Part shown: positions 32,236 to 41,848 of the stretch, piece after piece | Numbering within the stretch: the stretch's first letter is position 1 | Layout: each line of letters opens with the position of its first letter | Assembly: GCA_965199955.1 (NCBI GenBank) | Contig: CBDATQ010000001.1 | Coordinates: forward strand, 2,112,001 to 2,176,000 | Source of the DNA: Spirochaetia bacterium | Lineage (GTDB): Bacteria > Spirochaetota > Spirochaetia > SZUA-6 > Bin103 | Reading direction: 5' to 3' | Length of the DNA stretch: 64,000 nucleotides | The notes under the pieces: generated by a model | Databases searched by the model: none | The model's input: the letters and a program-made list of their open reading frames with translations, nothing else | Told to the model about the DNA's origin: nothing | Made by a program: the position numbers and the translations under genes

Positions 32236-33561
32236 ATGCGGACGCTCCGGTCGATCCTCGGCAGCCTGGCGCGCTCGCCGTTCAAGTCGTCCATCACCTT
32301 GGCGACGGTCGGGCTGGGCGTGGGCGTCCTGATCTTCGCGCTGTCGATCTCGACCGCCTTCAACCGGCTGATCGCGGAGAACCTGGAACGGAACGGGCGC
32401 GTGGTCATGGTCGCCAATGCGCGGTGGGACGAGGCCGGGGCCCTGGAGTCGGTGAAGCCGTTCCAGTTCGACGGGCGCGCACCCGCTGCGCTCCTGCACG
32501 GCGTGGTGGGCGCACGGGCGGCGAGCCCGGTGACGGAGACGAGTTGGACGGACTTCCAGACGGAGCGGGGCACCTACCAGGTCAGGAGCGTGCTGGGGGT
32601 AGGCGAGTCCTACCTGGACGTGATGGGGCTCGATCTCCTGCTCGGATCGCCGATCACCGCGGCGGCGATGGCCACCGGGGAACGGCACGCGCTGCTCAGC
32701 GCCACGCTGGCCGAGCTCCTGTTCGGCTCGCCGGTCGAGGCGGTCGGTCAGACCGTCCGGCCGCCGATGCCCGATGTCTCGATTCAGGGAGGAGAGGATC
32801 TCCAGGGCGCCGTCGTGGCCATGCTGCGCGATCTCCTGTCGCCACCGATCACGGTGGGCGGCGTATTCGCCGACCCCAGCGAGCTGCAGCGCCGCGCCTA
32901 CGGCGTAGCCGACATGCTGGTGCCGGCGACCGCGACGGTACCCGGCCAAGCCGTGGACTTCATGGAGGGATTCCTGATGTCGCGCATCGCACTGCTCGTG
33001 GAGGGGAGTGAGCTCGACACGATCGAGAGCCAGGCGCGCGCCGCGCTGGCGCAGCAGTACGGCGACGACGTGGCCGTGGTGGTGTGGGAAGGGCAGCCGG
33101 GCGGCGGCAGCGCCGACCTGGAGGAGGCTCGCTCGACCGTGCGGACCTTCTCGCTGGTGGTGAACCTGCTCGGGTTCGTGCTGCTGGTCACCGGCTGCGT
33201 GGGGATCCTCAGCATCATGCTGGTGGAGGTGCTGGGCCGTACCCGCCAGATCGCCATCGCCCGCGCGTTCGGGGCCACGAAGAGCGCGATGCTCCGCGAG
33301 TTCGTGGCCCGATCGCTCATCATGGTCAGCCTCGCGGCGGCGGTCGGCGTCGCCCTGAGCCTGTTCCTGTCCGGTCCGCTTACCGACCTGGTGGTGCCGA
33401 TCTTCCGCGGCGTGACCGAGGCCGATCTGGGCGGCAGCGTGATCTCGCCGGCGGCAATGCTGGTCGGGGTTGCGGCCGCGCCGGGCGTGGGCGGCCTGAT
33501 GGGAGTCCTGCCGGTGTTCTCGGCACTGGCGACGCCGATCGCCGAAGGGATCCGCGACTGA
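32236..33561 (+). CDS. MacB/FtsX-like ABC permease B2
   Basis: MRTLRSILGSL…PIAEGIRD, paralog of B1. Confidence 0.87.
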   Translation: MRTLRSILGSLARSPFKSSITLATVGLGVGVLIFALSISTAFNRLIAENLERNGRVVMVANARWDEAGALESVKPFQFDGRAPAALLHGVVGARAASPVTETSWTDFQTERGTYQVRSVLGVGESYLDVMGLDLLLGSPITAAAMATGERHALLSATLAELLFGSPVEAVGQTVRPPMPDVSIQGGEDLQGAVVAMLRDLLSPPITVGGVFADPSELQRRAYGVADMLVPATATVPGQAVDFMEGFLMSRIALLVEGSELDTIESQARAALAQQYGDDVAVVVWEGQPGGGSADLEEARSTVRTFSLVVNLLGFVLLVTGCVGILSIMLVEVLGRTRQIAIARAFGATKSAMLREFVARSLIMVSLAAAVGVALSLFLSGPLTDLVVPIFRGVTEADLGGSVISPAAMLVGVAAAPGVGGLMGVLPVFSALATPIAEGIRD

Positions 33562-33562
33562 A

Positions 33563-34696
33563 TTACCGGGTCCGGTCGAGCACGTACGTCATCAACGACG
33601 GGATGCCGGCGACCCAGACGACCGGCGGAAACTGGCCCGGCGGGCTCCAAACATAGCCTAGCCGATGCAACGCATCGCGCGCCGCCAGCCGGTCGGCGGG
33701 GTCGGCGCCGGTCGTCGCGAGGGCTGTGTCGATGGCGTGATCGGAAGCGGCGGCGCCGGTGCCGGCCTGGAACAGCGGCGCCAGGGCTGCGGACGCAGGC
33801 AGCAGGCCGCGGGTCTCCAGTTCGCGGTAGCGGTCCTGATAGTAGTCCGTGACTCTGGCCGTCACGTCAGGCCGCGCGGCGTCAGCGTGAGCGGCGGTGA
33901 GTCGGCGCGCGCCAGTGGCCAGATGCCGCTTCCACAGGATTTCGCCCCAGAGTTGAATGAAGTACGGATAACGCTGACTCTCTTCGACAACAGTGGTGAG
34001 CGCGTCGGCGTCAATGCTCACACCGTGGGCCGCCAGCGGCTCGACCAAGGCGGCGCGGCCAGCTGCGTCGCTCAGCAGGCCGATGCCAAGCCGCCCCTCG
34101 CCCAACCGGCTCCAGAACGAGGCGTTCATCGTGCCGAGATGCTCCGGCAGCCCCGGCGTGCCGGCAAGCACCAGCAGGAACGGCGCTTCGTCGCGCACCT
34201 GTTGGCTGGCGTTGAGGAGCGTGCGGCCTACCTCCAGGTCCAGCGTATGCGCCTCGTCGAGCAGTACGGCGAGCGGCTTCCTGCGGCAGCGAGTCGTCAA
34301 TTCTCCCCGCAGGTTCCTCGCATTCCCGGACGGCGGCGCCCGTTCGACGGAGCCGACGGCCGCCACGCCCACCTTCCGGGGCAGCAGCTTCGCCATCGTC
34401 GACGGGGGCGCCAGCATATCGAGCAGCGCGGCAGGGGTGGTGATGTCGCTCGGGGTCAAGGTGACGACGTCCACATCCGCTTGGTGATCGCGGCAGGCGC
34501 GCTTGAACCAGTTGAGCAGCACGGTCTTGCCGTTGCCGCGTGGTCCCATCAGGGCGACGTCGTGCGGTGGGGAGGCGTTGCCGAGCAGGTCCGCCAGGCA
34601 CTGGGTCAGCACGGCCTGCTCGTGCTCGCGCCCGGTGAGTGCCGGCGGAGTGGCGCCCGTCCCGGGGGTGAAGACGCGCTGCACCGTCGCCATCAT
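33563..34696 (-). CDS. AAA-family ATP-binding protein (AAA_16/STAND-like)
   Basis: FTPGTGATPPALTGRE, Walker A GPRGNGKT, Walker B VLLDEAH, YPYFIQLWG, GIPSLM. Confidence 0.85.
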   Translation of the reverse strand: MMATVQRVFTPGTGATPPALTGREHEQAVLTQCLADLLGNASPPHDVALMGPRGNGKTVLLNWFKRACRDHQADVDVVTLTPSDITTPAALLDMLAPPSTMAKLLPRKVGVAAVGSVERAPPSGNARNLRGELTTRCRRKPLAVLLDEAHTLDLEVGRTLLNASQQVRDEAPFLLVLAGTPGLPEHLGTMNASFWSRLGEGRLGIGLLSDAAGRAALVEPLAAHGVSIDADALTTVVEESQRYPYFIQLWGEILWKRHLATGARRLTAAHADAARPDVTARVTDYYQDRYRELETRGLLPASAALAPLFQAGTGAAASDHAIDTALATTGADPADRLAARDALHRLGYVWSPPGQFPPVVWVAGIPSLMTYVLDRTR

Positions 34697-34852
34697 GCCG
34701 AAAAACGTATAACGGCGCCCCGCCACCGGCAATCGAGGGCGCCGGACCCTATCAGCGGCTCGCGCGGCCATGGGACTGGACGCCGGGCGCACGTGGCCGT
34801 CTACTATTGCATGCAGGAAGACGCAATAACTGCGTCCCAGGACTGAAAGCAG

Positions 34853-35992
34853 ATGAAGATCACGGCGGTTCGCGTGCTGCACGTCGACCGCTACCTGTAC
34901 GCCCTCGTGGACACCGACGCAGGGATCACCGGTTTGGGCGAGTCGGGCACCTGGGGCTATCTGGAGGCATCCGGGGCGGTCATCGAGCGCTGGCGGGGGT
35001 ACCTGATCGGCCAGGACCCGCTTCGGATCGAGCACCACTGGCAGTACCTGTATCGATCCATGCACTTCCGTGGGGCGGCGGTCATGGGCGCCCTGAGCGC
35101 AATCGACATCGCGCTGTGGGACATCGCCGGCAAGCACTTCGGCGTGCCCGTGCATCAACTGCTGGGCGGCCGCTGCCGGGACCGGACACGGGTCTACTAC
35201 CATGTGTTCGGCGAGACGCGGGAGGAACTGGTGAGCGCGTGCGTCGCCGCCAAGGAGCGCGGCTTCACCGCCGTCGGCCACCTGTCGCCCTTCTACGACG
35301 TGCCGCGCGAGAAGCCGTACGCGCCGGGAACGCACGCCGCCAAGATGGCCGACGCCATCGAGACCGTTGCCAGTTGCCGTGAAGCGGTGGGAACCGAGGT
35401 CGACCTGTGCGTCGAGATCCACCGCCGCCTCACGCCCGCGGAGGCGGTCGTGTTCGCCGACGCGATCGAAGGTTATCACCCGATGTTCTACGAAGATCCG
35501 GTGACACCGGACAACCTCGACGAGATGGTGGAGGTGGCGCGCCGCGTCAACATCCCCATCGCCACCGGCGAGCGGCTGCACAGCATCTGGGAGTTCCAGG
35601 CGCTGCTGCAGCGCGGCGCCGTGCAGTTCGCGCGGGTGGACGTCTGCATGGTCGGCGGCATCAGCCACGCCCGCAAGATCGCCGCCCTGGCCGAGGCGTT
35701 CCACGTGCAGGTGGTGCCGCACAATCCGCTGAGCCCGGTCAGCACCGCCGTGTGCGTGCAGCTTGCCGCCTCGATCCCGAATTTCGCGATCCAGGAGCTG
35801 CCCACCAGTGAGGAGCAGTCTCCCAAGCGCGACATCGTCACGCAGCCGCTCACGGTCCGCGACGGCTACCTGCTGGTTCCCGACGGACCCGGCATCGGTA
35901 TCGATCTGGCGCCGGGAGCCGAGCGGATTCCGCCGCGCCCGCGGCCGTTCGTGACGCGCTTGCACGAGGACGGATCGGTCGTGGACGATTGA
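34853..35992 (+). CDS. Galactonate dehydratase-like enolase-superfamily enzyme
   Basis: MKITAV, GLGES, SAIDIALWDIAGK, VEIHRR, FYEDP, ATGERL, VPHNP. Confidence 0.88.
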   Translation: MKITAVRVLHVDRYLYALVDTDAGITGLGESGTWGYLEASGAVIERWRGYLIGQDPLRIEHHWQYLYRSMHFRGAAVMGALSAIDIALWDIAGKHFGVPVHQLLGGRCRDRTRVYYHVFGETREELVSACVAAKERGFTAVGHLSPFYDVPREKPYAPGTHAAKMADAIETVASCREAVGTEVDLCVEIHRRLTPAEAVVFADAIEGYHPMFYEDPVTPDNLDEMVEVARRVNIPIATGERLHSIWEFQALLQRGAVQFARVDVCMVGGISHARKIAALAEAFHVQVVPHNPLSPVSTAVCVQLAASIPNFAIQELPTSEEQSPKRDIVTQPLTVRDGYLLVPDGPGIGIDLAPGAERIPPRPRPFVTRLHEDGSVVDD

Positions 35993-35999
35993 GGACACC

Positions 36000-36881
36000 A
36001 TGGATACCCGCAACACCAACGAGCGCACCGAGATCGCGGCCGCCCGGCGTCCCGACGTCGACGACTGGAGCGCGCTGAGCACCGGCGACCGCATCCGCCA
36101 CCTGGAGCTGGAGGGGTACCTGGTCCTGCCCGGTCTCCTCGCGCCGGAGCAGATCGGCGCCATCGGCGAGGAGGCGGCCTCGCTGCCGCTCACGGAGACG
36201 GACTACTCGCCGCACAAGAAGGCGGCGGACGACCTGTTCGGCCACGATCTGCCTGCGACGATGGAGACGATCGCGCTCCCGGCCACGATCGCGTTCCTGG
36301 AGCGGCTGTTCGGTGACGAGGTGCTGTTTACGTCCATCGCCTACCAGCTCTGCGAGCCCGGCCACCCCGGCATCGCCATCCACACCGACGCGCAGCCGTA
36401 CGGCTCGCGCATCTTCGGCAGCCTGTCCAGCTCGCCGGTGCTGATGCGCGTGCTGTACTACCTGGACGACCTCACCCCGGAGTGCTCGCCCTTCAAGCTG
36501 GTGCCGCGCTCGCACCTGTCCGTGCACTTCGACGCCAATCCCTACAACCGCTTCCTCCGCCACGAGGAGGAGGTGATGGTGACCTGCAGGGCAGGCTCCG
36601 CCGTGGTCATCAACCAGAAGGTCTTTCACGGCAACTTCCCCAACTTCTCCGACCGCGACCGGCGCATGCTGGCGATCGGCTACCGGCCGGCCTGGGCCGG
36701 ACCGGTGACGGAGGTCGACCCGTGGAACGAGGCGCAACTCGCGCCGTTGCCGCCTGCGGCGCGCCGCTTCTTCCGGGACCCCAACACCCGGCGCATCGAC
36801 TACGACGTCCCCAACCGCCCCGACGACCTGGACCGCAGCAGCGCCGGCATCGCGCCCTCACGCTGGAGCGCGCTCGAGTAA
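36000..36881 (+). CDS. Phytanoyl-CoA dioxygenase (PhyH) family protein
   Basis: EGYLVLPGLL, HxD motif (IHTD), YYLDD, VPRSH, distal His in FHGNFPN. Confidence 0.85.
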   Translation: MDTRNTNERTEIAAARRPDVDDWSALSTGDRIRHLELEGYLVLPGLLAPEQIGAIGEEAASLPLTETDYSPHKKAADDLFGHDLPATMETIALPATIAFLERLFGDEVLFTSIAYQLCEPGHPGIAIHTDAQPYGSRIFGSLSSSPVLMRVLYYLDDLTPECSPFKLVPRSHLSVHFDANPYNRFLRHEEEVMVTCRAGSAVVINQKVFHGNFPNFSDRDRRMLAIGYRPAWAGPVTEVDPWNEAQLAPLPPAARRFFRDPNTRRIDYDVPNRPDDLDRSSAGIAPSRWSALE

Positions 36882-37089
36882 TCGCCGGGCTTGCCTCAGG
36901 CGTCGTGCCAGGCGTGCTCCCAGGGCGTGCCTTCCAGAGACTCGCCACCGGGGTCTCGCGGCCCGAGCCGAATCACCTGCCGCTTGTAGCTGGCGATCGA
37001 GAGCAGGTCCGGGGACAAGGTGCGTTCCTTGGCGATGGCGCGAGTGATCACCCGTTGCCCGCGGCCGGGGCACATGGTATGCGTCCCCC

Positions 37090-37884
37090 ATGCATCCGTT
37101 TACGCAACACGACGTCCCCGACGGCGCCGCCGCCGTTCACTGGTTCGAGCAGAGCAGCTTCGCGATCCGCGATGCCGCCGGCACGCTGACCCTGGTCGAC
37201 CCGTACGCGCCCCACGATCGCCCGGCCGACCGGTTCATCCACGGCGAGCCCCCGATGGATGAAGCCGAGTGGCCGGCCCGCTTCGTGCTCCTCACCCATG
37301 CGCACGGCGACCACACCGACCCCGAGATCTTGGGAAGACTGCACGCTGCCACGCCGGACGCCCGCTACGTGGGCTCACGCGAGTCCATCGACCAGATCGT
37401 CGAGGGGACATCCATCGAGCCAGCGCAATGCACGGCGGTCACTGCCGGCGACCGCGTGCAGATTGGCACCATGGCGGTGAACGTCGTCTACGCGAAGCCG
37501 CCGGGCGGCGATCCGGCTGCCGGCATCGACCCGCCGGACACGCCTCACCTGGGCTACGTGGTCGAGGCCGGCCGGCATCGGCTCTACTTCAGCGGCGATC
37601 CGATCAACACCTTCGCCGAGCATGAGTCGCTGACGGCGCCGGTCGCGGCGCTGGAGCCGACGGTGGCGTTCCTGACCAACCACCCGACGGAGGGTGAGTT
37701 CCCGTACTTCGACGGCTGCGTGCGCATGGCGAAACGCTGCCGGGTCGGCATCGCCTGTCCCTCGCACTATGCATGCTTCGTTGCGCGTGACTACGATCCG
37801 GCCGCGTGGGCGGCTGCCTTCGGGGACGACGGACCGCCCACCCGCATCATCCCGCGCAACTCGCACGTCGTCTTCGAGGCGTGA
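37090..37884 (+). CDS. MBL-fold metallo-hydrolase (UlaG-like)
   Basis: LVDPY, THAHGDH, LYFSGD, PSHY. Confidence 0.88.
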   Translation: MHPFTQHDVPDGAAAVHWFEQSSFAIRDAAGTLTLVDPYAPHDRPADRFIHGEPPMDEAEWPARFVLLTHAHGDHTDPEILGRLHAATPDARYVGSRESIDQIVEGTSIEPAQCTAVTAGDRVQIGTMAVNVVYAKPPGGDPAAGIDPPDTPHLGYVVEAGRHRLYFSGDPINTFAEHESLTAPVAALEPTVAFLTNHPTEGEFPYFDGCVRMAKRCRVGIACPSHYACFVARDYDPAAWAAAFGDDGPPTRIIPRNSHVVFEA

Positions 37885-37918
37885 ACGAAGCGAACCTCAC
37901 TCGAAGATGACCGCGCAG
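37881..37918 (-). repeat. Structured dispersed repeat, copy 2
   Basis: Reverse complement CTGCGCGGTCA-TCTTCGAGTGAGGTTCGCTTCGTTCAC; overlaps the TGA of the MBL gene. Confidence 0.8.
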
Positions 37919-38651
37919 GCGGGGCTGGTGGAGGAAGCGCTGGCGGACGGCATGGGCATGGCCGCGCTCGACGAGCCGGGGTACGCCGACCGCTACCTGA
38001 GCGGTCGCTGCCGAGCGCGCGGGTACCGGTCGCTGCGGCAGGCCGCGCAGCGGATCCGGCGCCGTTCACGGCGGCTGCAGCGCCGCGGCACGCGCGCCAT
38101 ATCCTTCTGGTACATCCCTCACTACGACACCCTGTGCCATGACCACGGGGTCGCCAGCACGCAGGCCCGCGGCCTCCTGGAGGACCTTCAGGGCATGCTG
38201 CTGGAGCTTGCCGCTGCGCTGCCAGACGGGACGCGCATGGCGCTCACGGCCGATCACGGCCTGATCGACCTGAACCGGGGCCAGAAGGTGACGATCTTCG
38301 ACGGCGACCCGTTGCTCGACTGCCTGCGCGCCGTTGCCGAGCGGGGAAGGGCGCACGCCCCACTTCCACGTCCGGCCGGGCCGGGGTCCGGAGCTGGTCG
38401 AGCGCCTGGCCGACCGGTGCGGCGGGCGGATGGCCGTGCTCAGTCTGGACGAAGCGGAGGAGATGCGGCTGTTCGGCCCGGAGCCGCTGAGCGATCAGGC
38501 ACGGCGGCGCTTCGGCGACTACATCGGCGTGACGCCGGAACCGCTGAGCGTGGGCTACCATCAGTCCGAGGAGGATTTCGGGCTGCGGAACGTCGGCATC
38601 CACGGCGGCATGAGCCCCGACGAAGTCCGGATTCCTCTGATAGTGCTGTGA
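37907..38651 (+). pseudogene. Alkaline phosphatase/phosphodiesterase family, N-terminally truncated and frameshifted
   Basis: YDTLCHDHG, LTADHG, GEGR, HGGMSPDEVRIP; first metal-binding DG and nucleophile region absent; shift near 38335. Confidence 0.75.
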
Positions 38652-38676
38652 TGGCCACCTGTTCGAGCTGCCAATC

Positions 38677-39636
38677 GTGAGGCACCTCCACAGGTTCGCG
38701 GGCAATCCCCTCGACCGCGGCGAGCAGGAGCGCCGGGACGAGGCCTGGATCGAAGCCGTTGCCCGCGACGACGCCAGCAGATTCCTGCCGTTCCGAGAAC
38801 TCGAGGTGCTGGTGACCGATCACTCTTCGAGTGAGGTTCGCCGCGCTCACCCCCATCCGCGGCTCGGCTGGCTACGCACCGATCAGCTCCGGTCAGTGGT
38901 ACCGGACGCCCGGCCCATGCTGCTTGGCATGCTGGAGGGTGTCGCGCACTTCGCCGTGGACGTGTCCGACTGCGACGCTGCCGTGGCCTGGGCGGAAGGG
39001 CAGGACCCGCCCTGGCGCTTCGAGGACTGCCGCGCGGCGGGGACGGTGCTGGCGGCCGCGGAGACCGGCATCCTGGCCCAGGCCCGATCACAGCTCGACT
39101 GGCATGCCCGGCACGGCTTCTGCTCGGTATGCGGCGGCCCTACCGACAGCAAGCGAGGCGGACAGGTTCGCGAATGCACCGCGTGCGGCGCCCAGCACTT
39201 CCCGCGCACCGATCCGGTGGTGATCACCGTGGTCGGCGACGCCGCCACCGACCGCTGCCTGCTCGGCCAGTCGCGTGGGCGTCTGTCGCGCCTGCGCATG
39301 TACTCCGCGCTCGCCGGGTTCGTCGATCAGGGCGAATCGATCGAGGAGGCCGTGGCCCGCGAGGTGATGGAGGAAGCCGGCGTCCGGGTGAAGAACATCC
39401 GCTACCACTCCTCGCAGCCGTGGCCGTTTCCGTGCTCGCTGATGATCGGCTGCCTGGCGGAGGCAGCCAGCACGACGATCCGCAAGGATGACGAGGAGAT
39501 GTCCGATGTCCGCTGGTTCGACCGGCAGGAGGTGCTGCTGGCGCTGGAGGAGCAGAGCGAGCGGCTGACCGTTCCCGGCCCCATCGCCATCGCTCGCCAC
39601 CTCATCAAGGCCTGGGCCACCCGCGAGGGTTTCTGA
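38677..39636 (+). CDS. nudC: NAD(+) diphosphatase
   Basis: FAGNPLDR, Zn ribbon CSVC/CTAC, FPRTDPVVI, Nudix box GFVDQGESIEEAVAREVMEEAG, SQPWPFP. Confidence 0.95.
   Translation: MRHLHRFAGNPLDRGEQERRDEAWIEAVARDDASRFLPFRELEVLVTDHSSSEVRRAHPHPRLGWLRTDQLRSVVPDARPMLLGMLEGVAHFAVDVSDCDAAVAWAEGQDPPWRFEDCRAAGTVLAAAETGILAQARSQLDWHARHGFCSVCGGPTDSKRGGQVRECTACGAQHFPRTDPVVITVVGDAATDRCLLGQSRGRLSRLRMYSALAGFVDQGESIEEAVAREVMEEAGVRVKNIRYHSSQPWPFPCSLMIGCLAEAASTTIRKDDEEMSDVRWFDRQEVLLALEEQSERLTVPGPIAIARHLIKAWATREGF
38812..38850 (+). repeat. Structured dispersed repeat, copy 3, in frame inside nudC
   Basis: GTGACCGATCACTCTTCGAGTGAGGTTCGCCGCGCTCAC = 39 bp = VTDHSSSEVRRAH. Confidence 0.8.
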
Positions 39637-39794
39637 GCCGGTGCACGGCTGGCTACGCCGGCGAGAGCGCGTGATGACCCATGGCCGAGAGAAGCGCCGC
39701 GGAGATTTCGGAGGCAGGATTCCCGTGGGTGCCGCGGCGCTCCGGACCGGAATCGAGTTGTACCGGGCCGCATAGCGGGCAGACCCCGCGGGCG

Positions 39795-40658
39795 CTAGGA
39801 ACGCGGCTCCGGCAGGCGGTATGCCGCAATCGCATTCTCCCGGAATACGCGTGCCTCCGCCTCAGGGCCGTGCCGTTCGACGTACGCCTGCGCGAGTGCG
39901 AACACCGTCGCGTACGGGCCGCCCCTGCGGCAGACCGGCCAGTTGCTGGCGAACAGCAGCCGTTCGGCGCCGAAACGCTCCCAGAGGGCGTCCAGCGTGG
40001 GCTCGTAGAAGCGCACGTCGGCCGGCGACGGCTTCGTGACGGCGTTCTCCACCAGGCCGGAGATCTTGCAGTACACGTGCGGCGCGCGGGCGAGCACGGC
40101 CATGCCCTCGCACCATGCGGGGTCGGGCGCGGAACCGTCGATGGGGACCTGGCCCACGTGATCGATCACGACGTGCGCCTCCGGCACGGCGTCGCACAGA
40201 TCGATCAGGGCCGGCAGCTCCGGCGCTCCCGGCACCACGTCCAGAGCGAGCTCACGGGCGACCAGCTCGCGCACGGTATCCACCAGCGTCGCGCGGCCGC
40301 GGCCGGTGACCGCGTCGTTGCCCAGACGGATCCCGCGGAACAGCGGATGCGCCCTGAAGCGGTCCAGATGTCTGCGAAAGTCGGCGTCGTTGCGAAGGTT
40401 GCCCACGAACCCGGCAATCGCGGTGTGCCCGGTGAGCTCCGCGTCGTCGGCGAGGTCCAGGATCCACTGGTTGTCCTCCAGCCAGGAGCTGGCCTCGACC
40501 ACGACCGTGTGGGTGACGCCGTGGCCAGCCGCGACTTCCAGGAAGTGCTCGGGTAGGGTGGTGCGATACAGGTCGGGGTTGTCCGAGGGCGGCCACGGCA
40601 CGCCCTGCGGGCGGTGCGGATCGAAGAAGTGGGTGTGGGTGTCGATGATCTGATCCAT
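39795..40658 (-). CDS. Amidohydrolase_2 family protein (L-fuconolactonase-like)
   Basis: IIDTHTHFF, VVVEAS, VIDHVG, YCKISG, FASNWPV. Confidence 0.88.
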   Translation of the reverse strand: MDQIIDTHTHFFDPHRPQGVPWPPSDNPDLYRTTLPEHFLEVAAGHGVTHTVVVEASSWLEDNQWILDLADDAELTGHTAIAGFVGNLRNDADFRRHLDRFRAHPLFRGIRLGNDAVTGRGRATLVDTVRELVARELALDVVPGAPELPALIDLCDAVPEAHVVIDHVGQVPIDGSAPDPAWCEGMAVLARAPHVYCKISGLVENAVTKPSPADVRFYEPTLDALWERFGAERLLFASNWPVCRRGGPYATVFALAQAYVERHGPEAEARVFRENAIAAYRLPEPRS

Positions 40659-40763
40659 GCGCGGACGATGCGCGACGCGCGCCTCGGCTGACAACCCGCA
40701 CGCAGGGCTGCTTTCCGAGGCGGGTCGGCTCGGTCATGATCGGCGGCAAGGAGCACAACCCGC

Positions 40764-41837
40764 ATGCTGAAGATCCCCGATTCCGGCGCGCTCGACTTCC
40801 TGGCGGTCGGAGCACTGGTCCACCGCCTGGATCCCGGCGTCATCCCGTTCCCGCACGCGTCGGAGCTTTCCATCCACGTCTCCGGCGGGGAGTACAACTG
40901 TGCCGCCAACCTCGCATCCTGCTTCGGGATGCGCACCGGCGTCGCCGCAGCGATGGTGTCGTATCCGATCGGGGACCTGATCGACCGCTCGGTGCGCGCC
41001 ATGGGCGTGCGGCCGTTCTACAAGCGCTTCGCGCACGACGGCGTGCGCGGTCCGAACATGGCGACCGTGTACAGCGACCGCGGCGCCGGCGTGCGCGCGC
41101 CGGAGGTCTTCTACAACCGCGCGAACGAGGCGGCCGCCCGCCTGCAGCCCGGCGACTTCGCTTGGTCCGGCATCATGCGGGACGGGGTCCGCTGGATGCA
41201 CTCCGGCGGCATCTTCGCGGCGCTTTCGGATACGACCCCGCAGGTGATCATCGAGGCGATGCAGGCCGCGAAGGCTGCCGGGGCAGTGGTTTCCTTCGAC
41301 CTGAACTACCGCGGCAAGCTGTGGCAGGTCGCCGGCGGCGCGGACACCGCGCATGCCACGCTGCGAGAGATCGTCAGCAATGTCGACGTGCTGGTCGGCA
41401 ATGAGGAGGACCTTCAGGAAGGGCTCGGCATCGCGGGGCCGGAGGCCACCGGCGCGTCCAAGCTGGACCCGCGCGCGTTCCTGCAGATGATCGATCGCGT
41501 CACCGCGGAGCTCCCGAACATCTCCGTGGTGGCCACCACGCTGCGCGAAGTGCACTCCGCCAACCGACACGACTGGAGCGCGGTGGCCTGGGTGGAGGGC
41601 GAGACGGTCACTGCCCCGACATGCCAGCTCGATGTCTATGACCGGGTCGGCGGGGGAGACGGCTTTGCCGCCGGGTTTTTCTACGGGCTCATGAGCGGCG
41701 CGTCCCCGGATGAGGCCCTGCGGCTGGGCTGGGCGCACGGCGCGCTGCTGACGACGTTCCCCGGCGACACGACCATGGCGACGCTCGACCAGGTGCGCAC
41801 CCTGGCCGGCGGCAGCTCGGCGCGCATCGTCCGCTGA
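40764..41837 (+). CDS. PfkB sugar kinase (2-keto-3-deoxygluconate kinase-like)
   Basis: SGGEYN, SFDLNYR, GNEED, DRVGGGDGF. Confidence 0.9.
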   Translation: MLKIPDSGALDFLAVGALVHRLDPGVIPFPHASELSIHVSGGEYNCAANLASCFGMRTGVAAAMVSYPIGDLIDRSVRAMGVRPFYKRFAHDGVRGPNMATVYSDRGAGVRAPEVFYNRANEAAARLQPGDFAWSGIMRDGVRWMHSGGIFAALSDTTPQVIIEAMQAAKAAGAVVSFDLNYRGKLWQVAGGADTAHATLREIVSNVDVLVGNEEDLQEGLGIAGPEATGASKLDPRAFLQMIDRVTAELPNISVVATTLREVHSANRHDWSAVAWVEGETVTAPTCQLDVYDRVGGGDGFAAGFFYGLMSGASPDEALRLGWAHGALLTTFPGDTTMATLDQVRTLAGGSSARIVR

Positions 41838-41848
41838 GGCGGCACGCG

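Noticed and set aside
33563..36193. 876-aa minus-strand ORF
   Set aside because: Only the last 377 aa are the ATPase; the rest is antisense to the dehydratase, open because of high GC.
36895..37076. About 59-aa minus-strand ORF (MCPGRG…WEHAWHDA)
   Set aside because: No recognisable motif or RBS; may be a gene remnant but cannot be supported.
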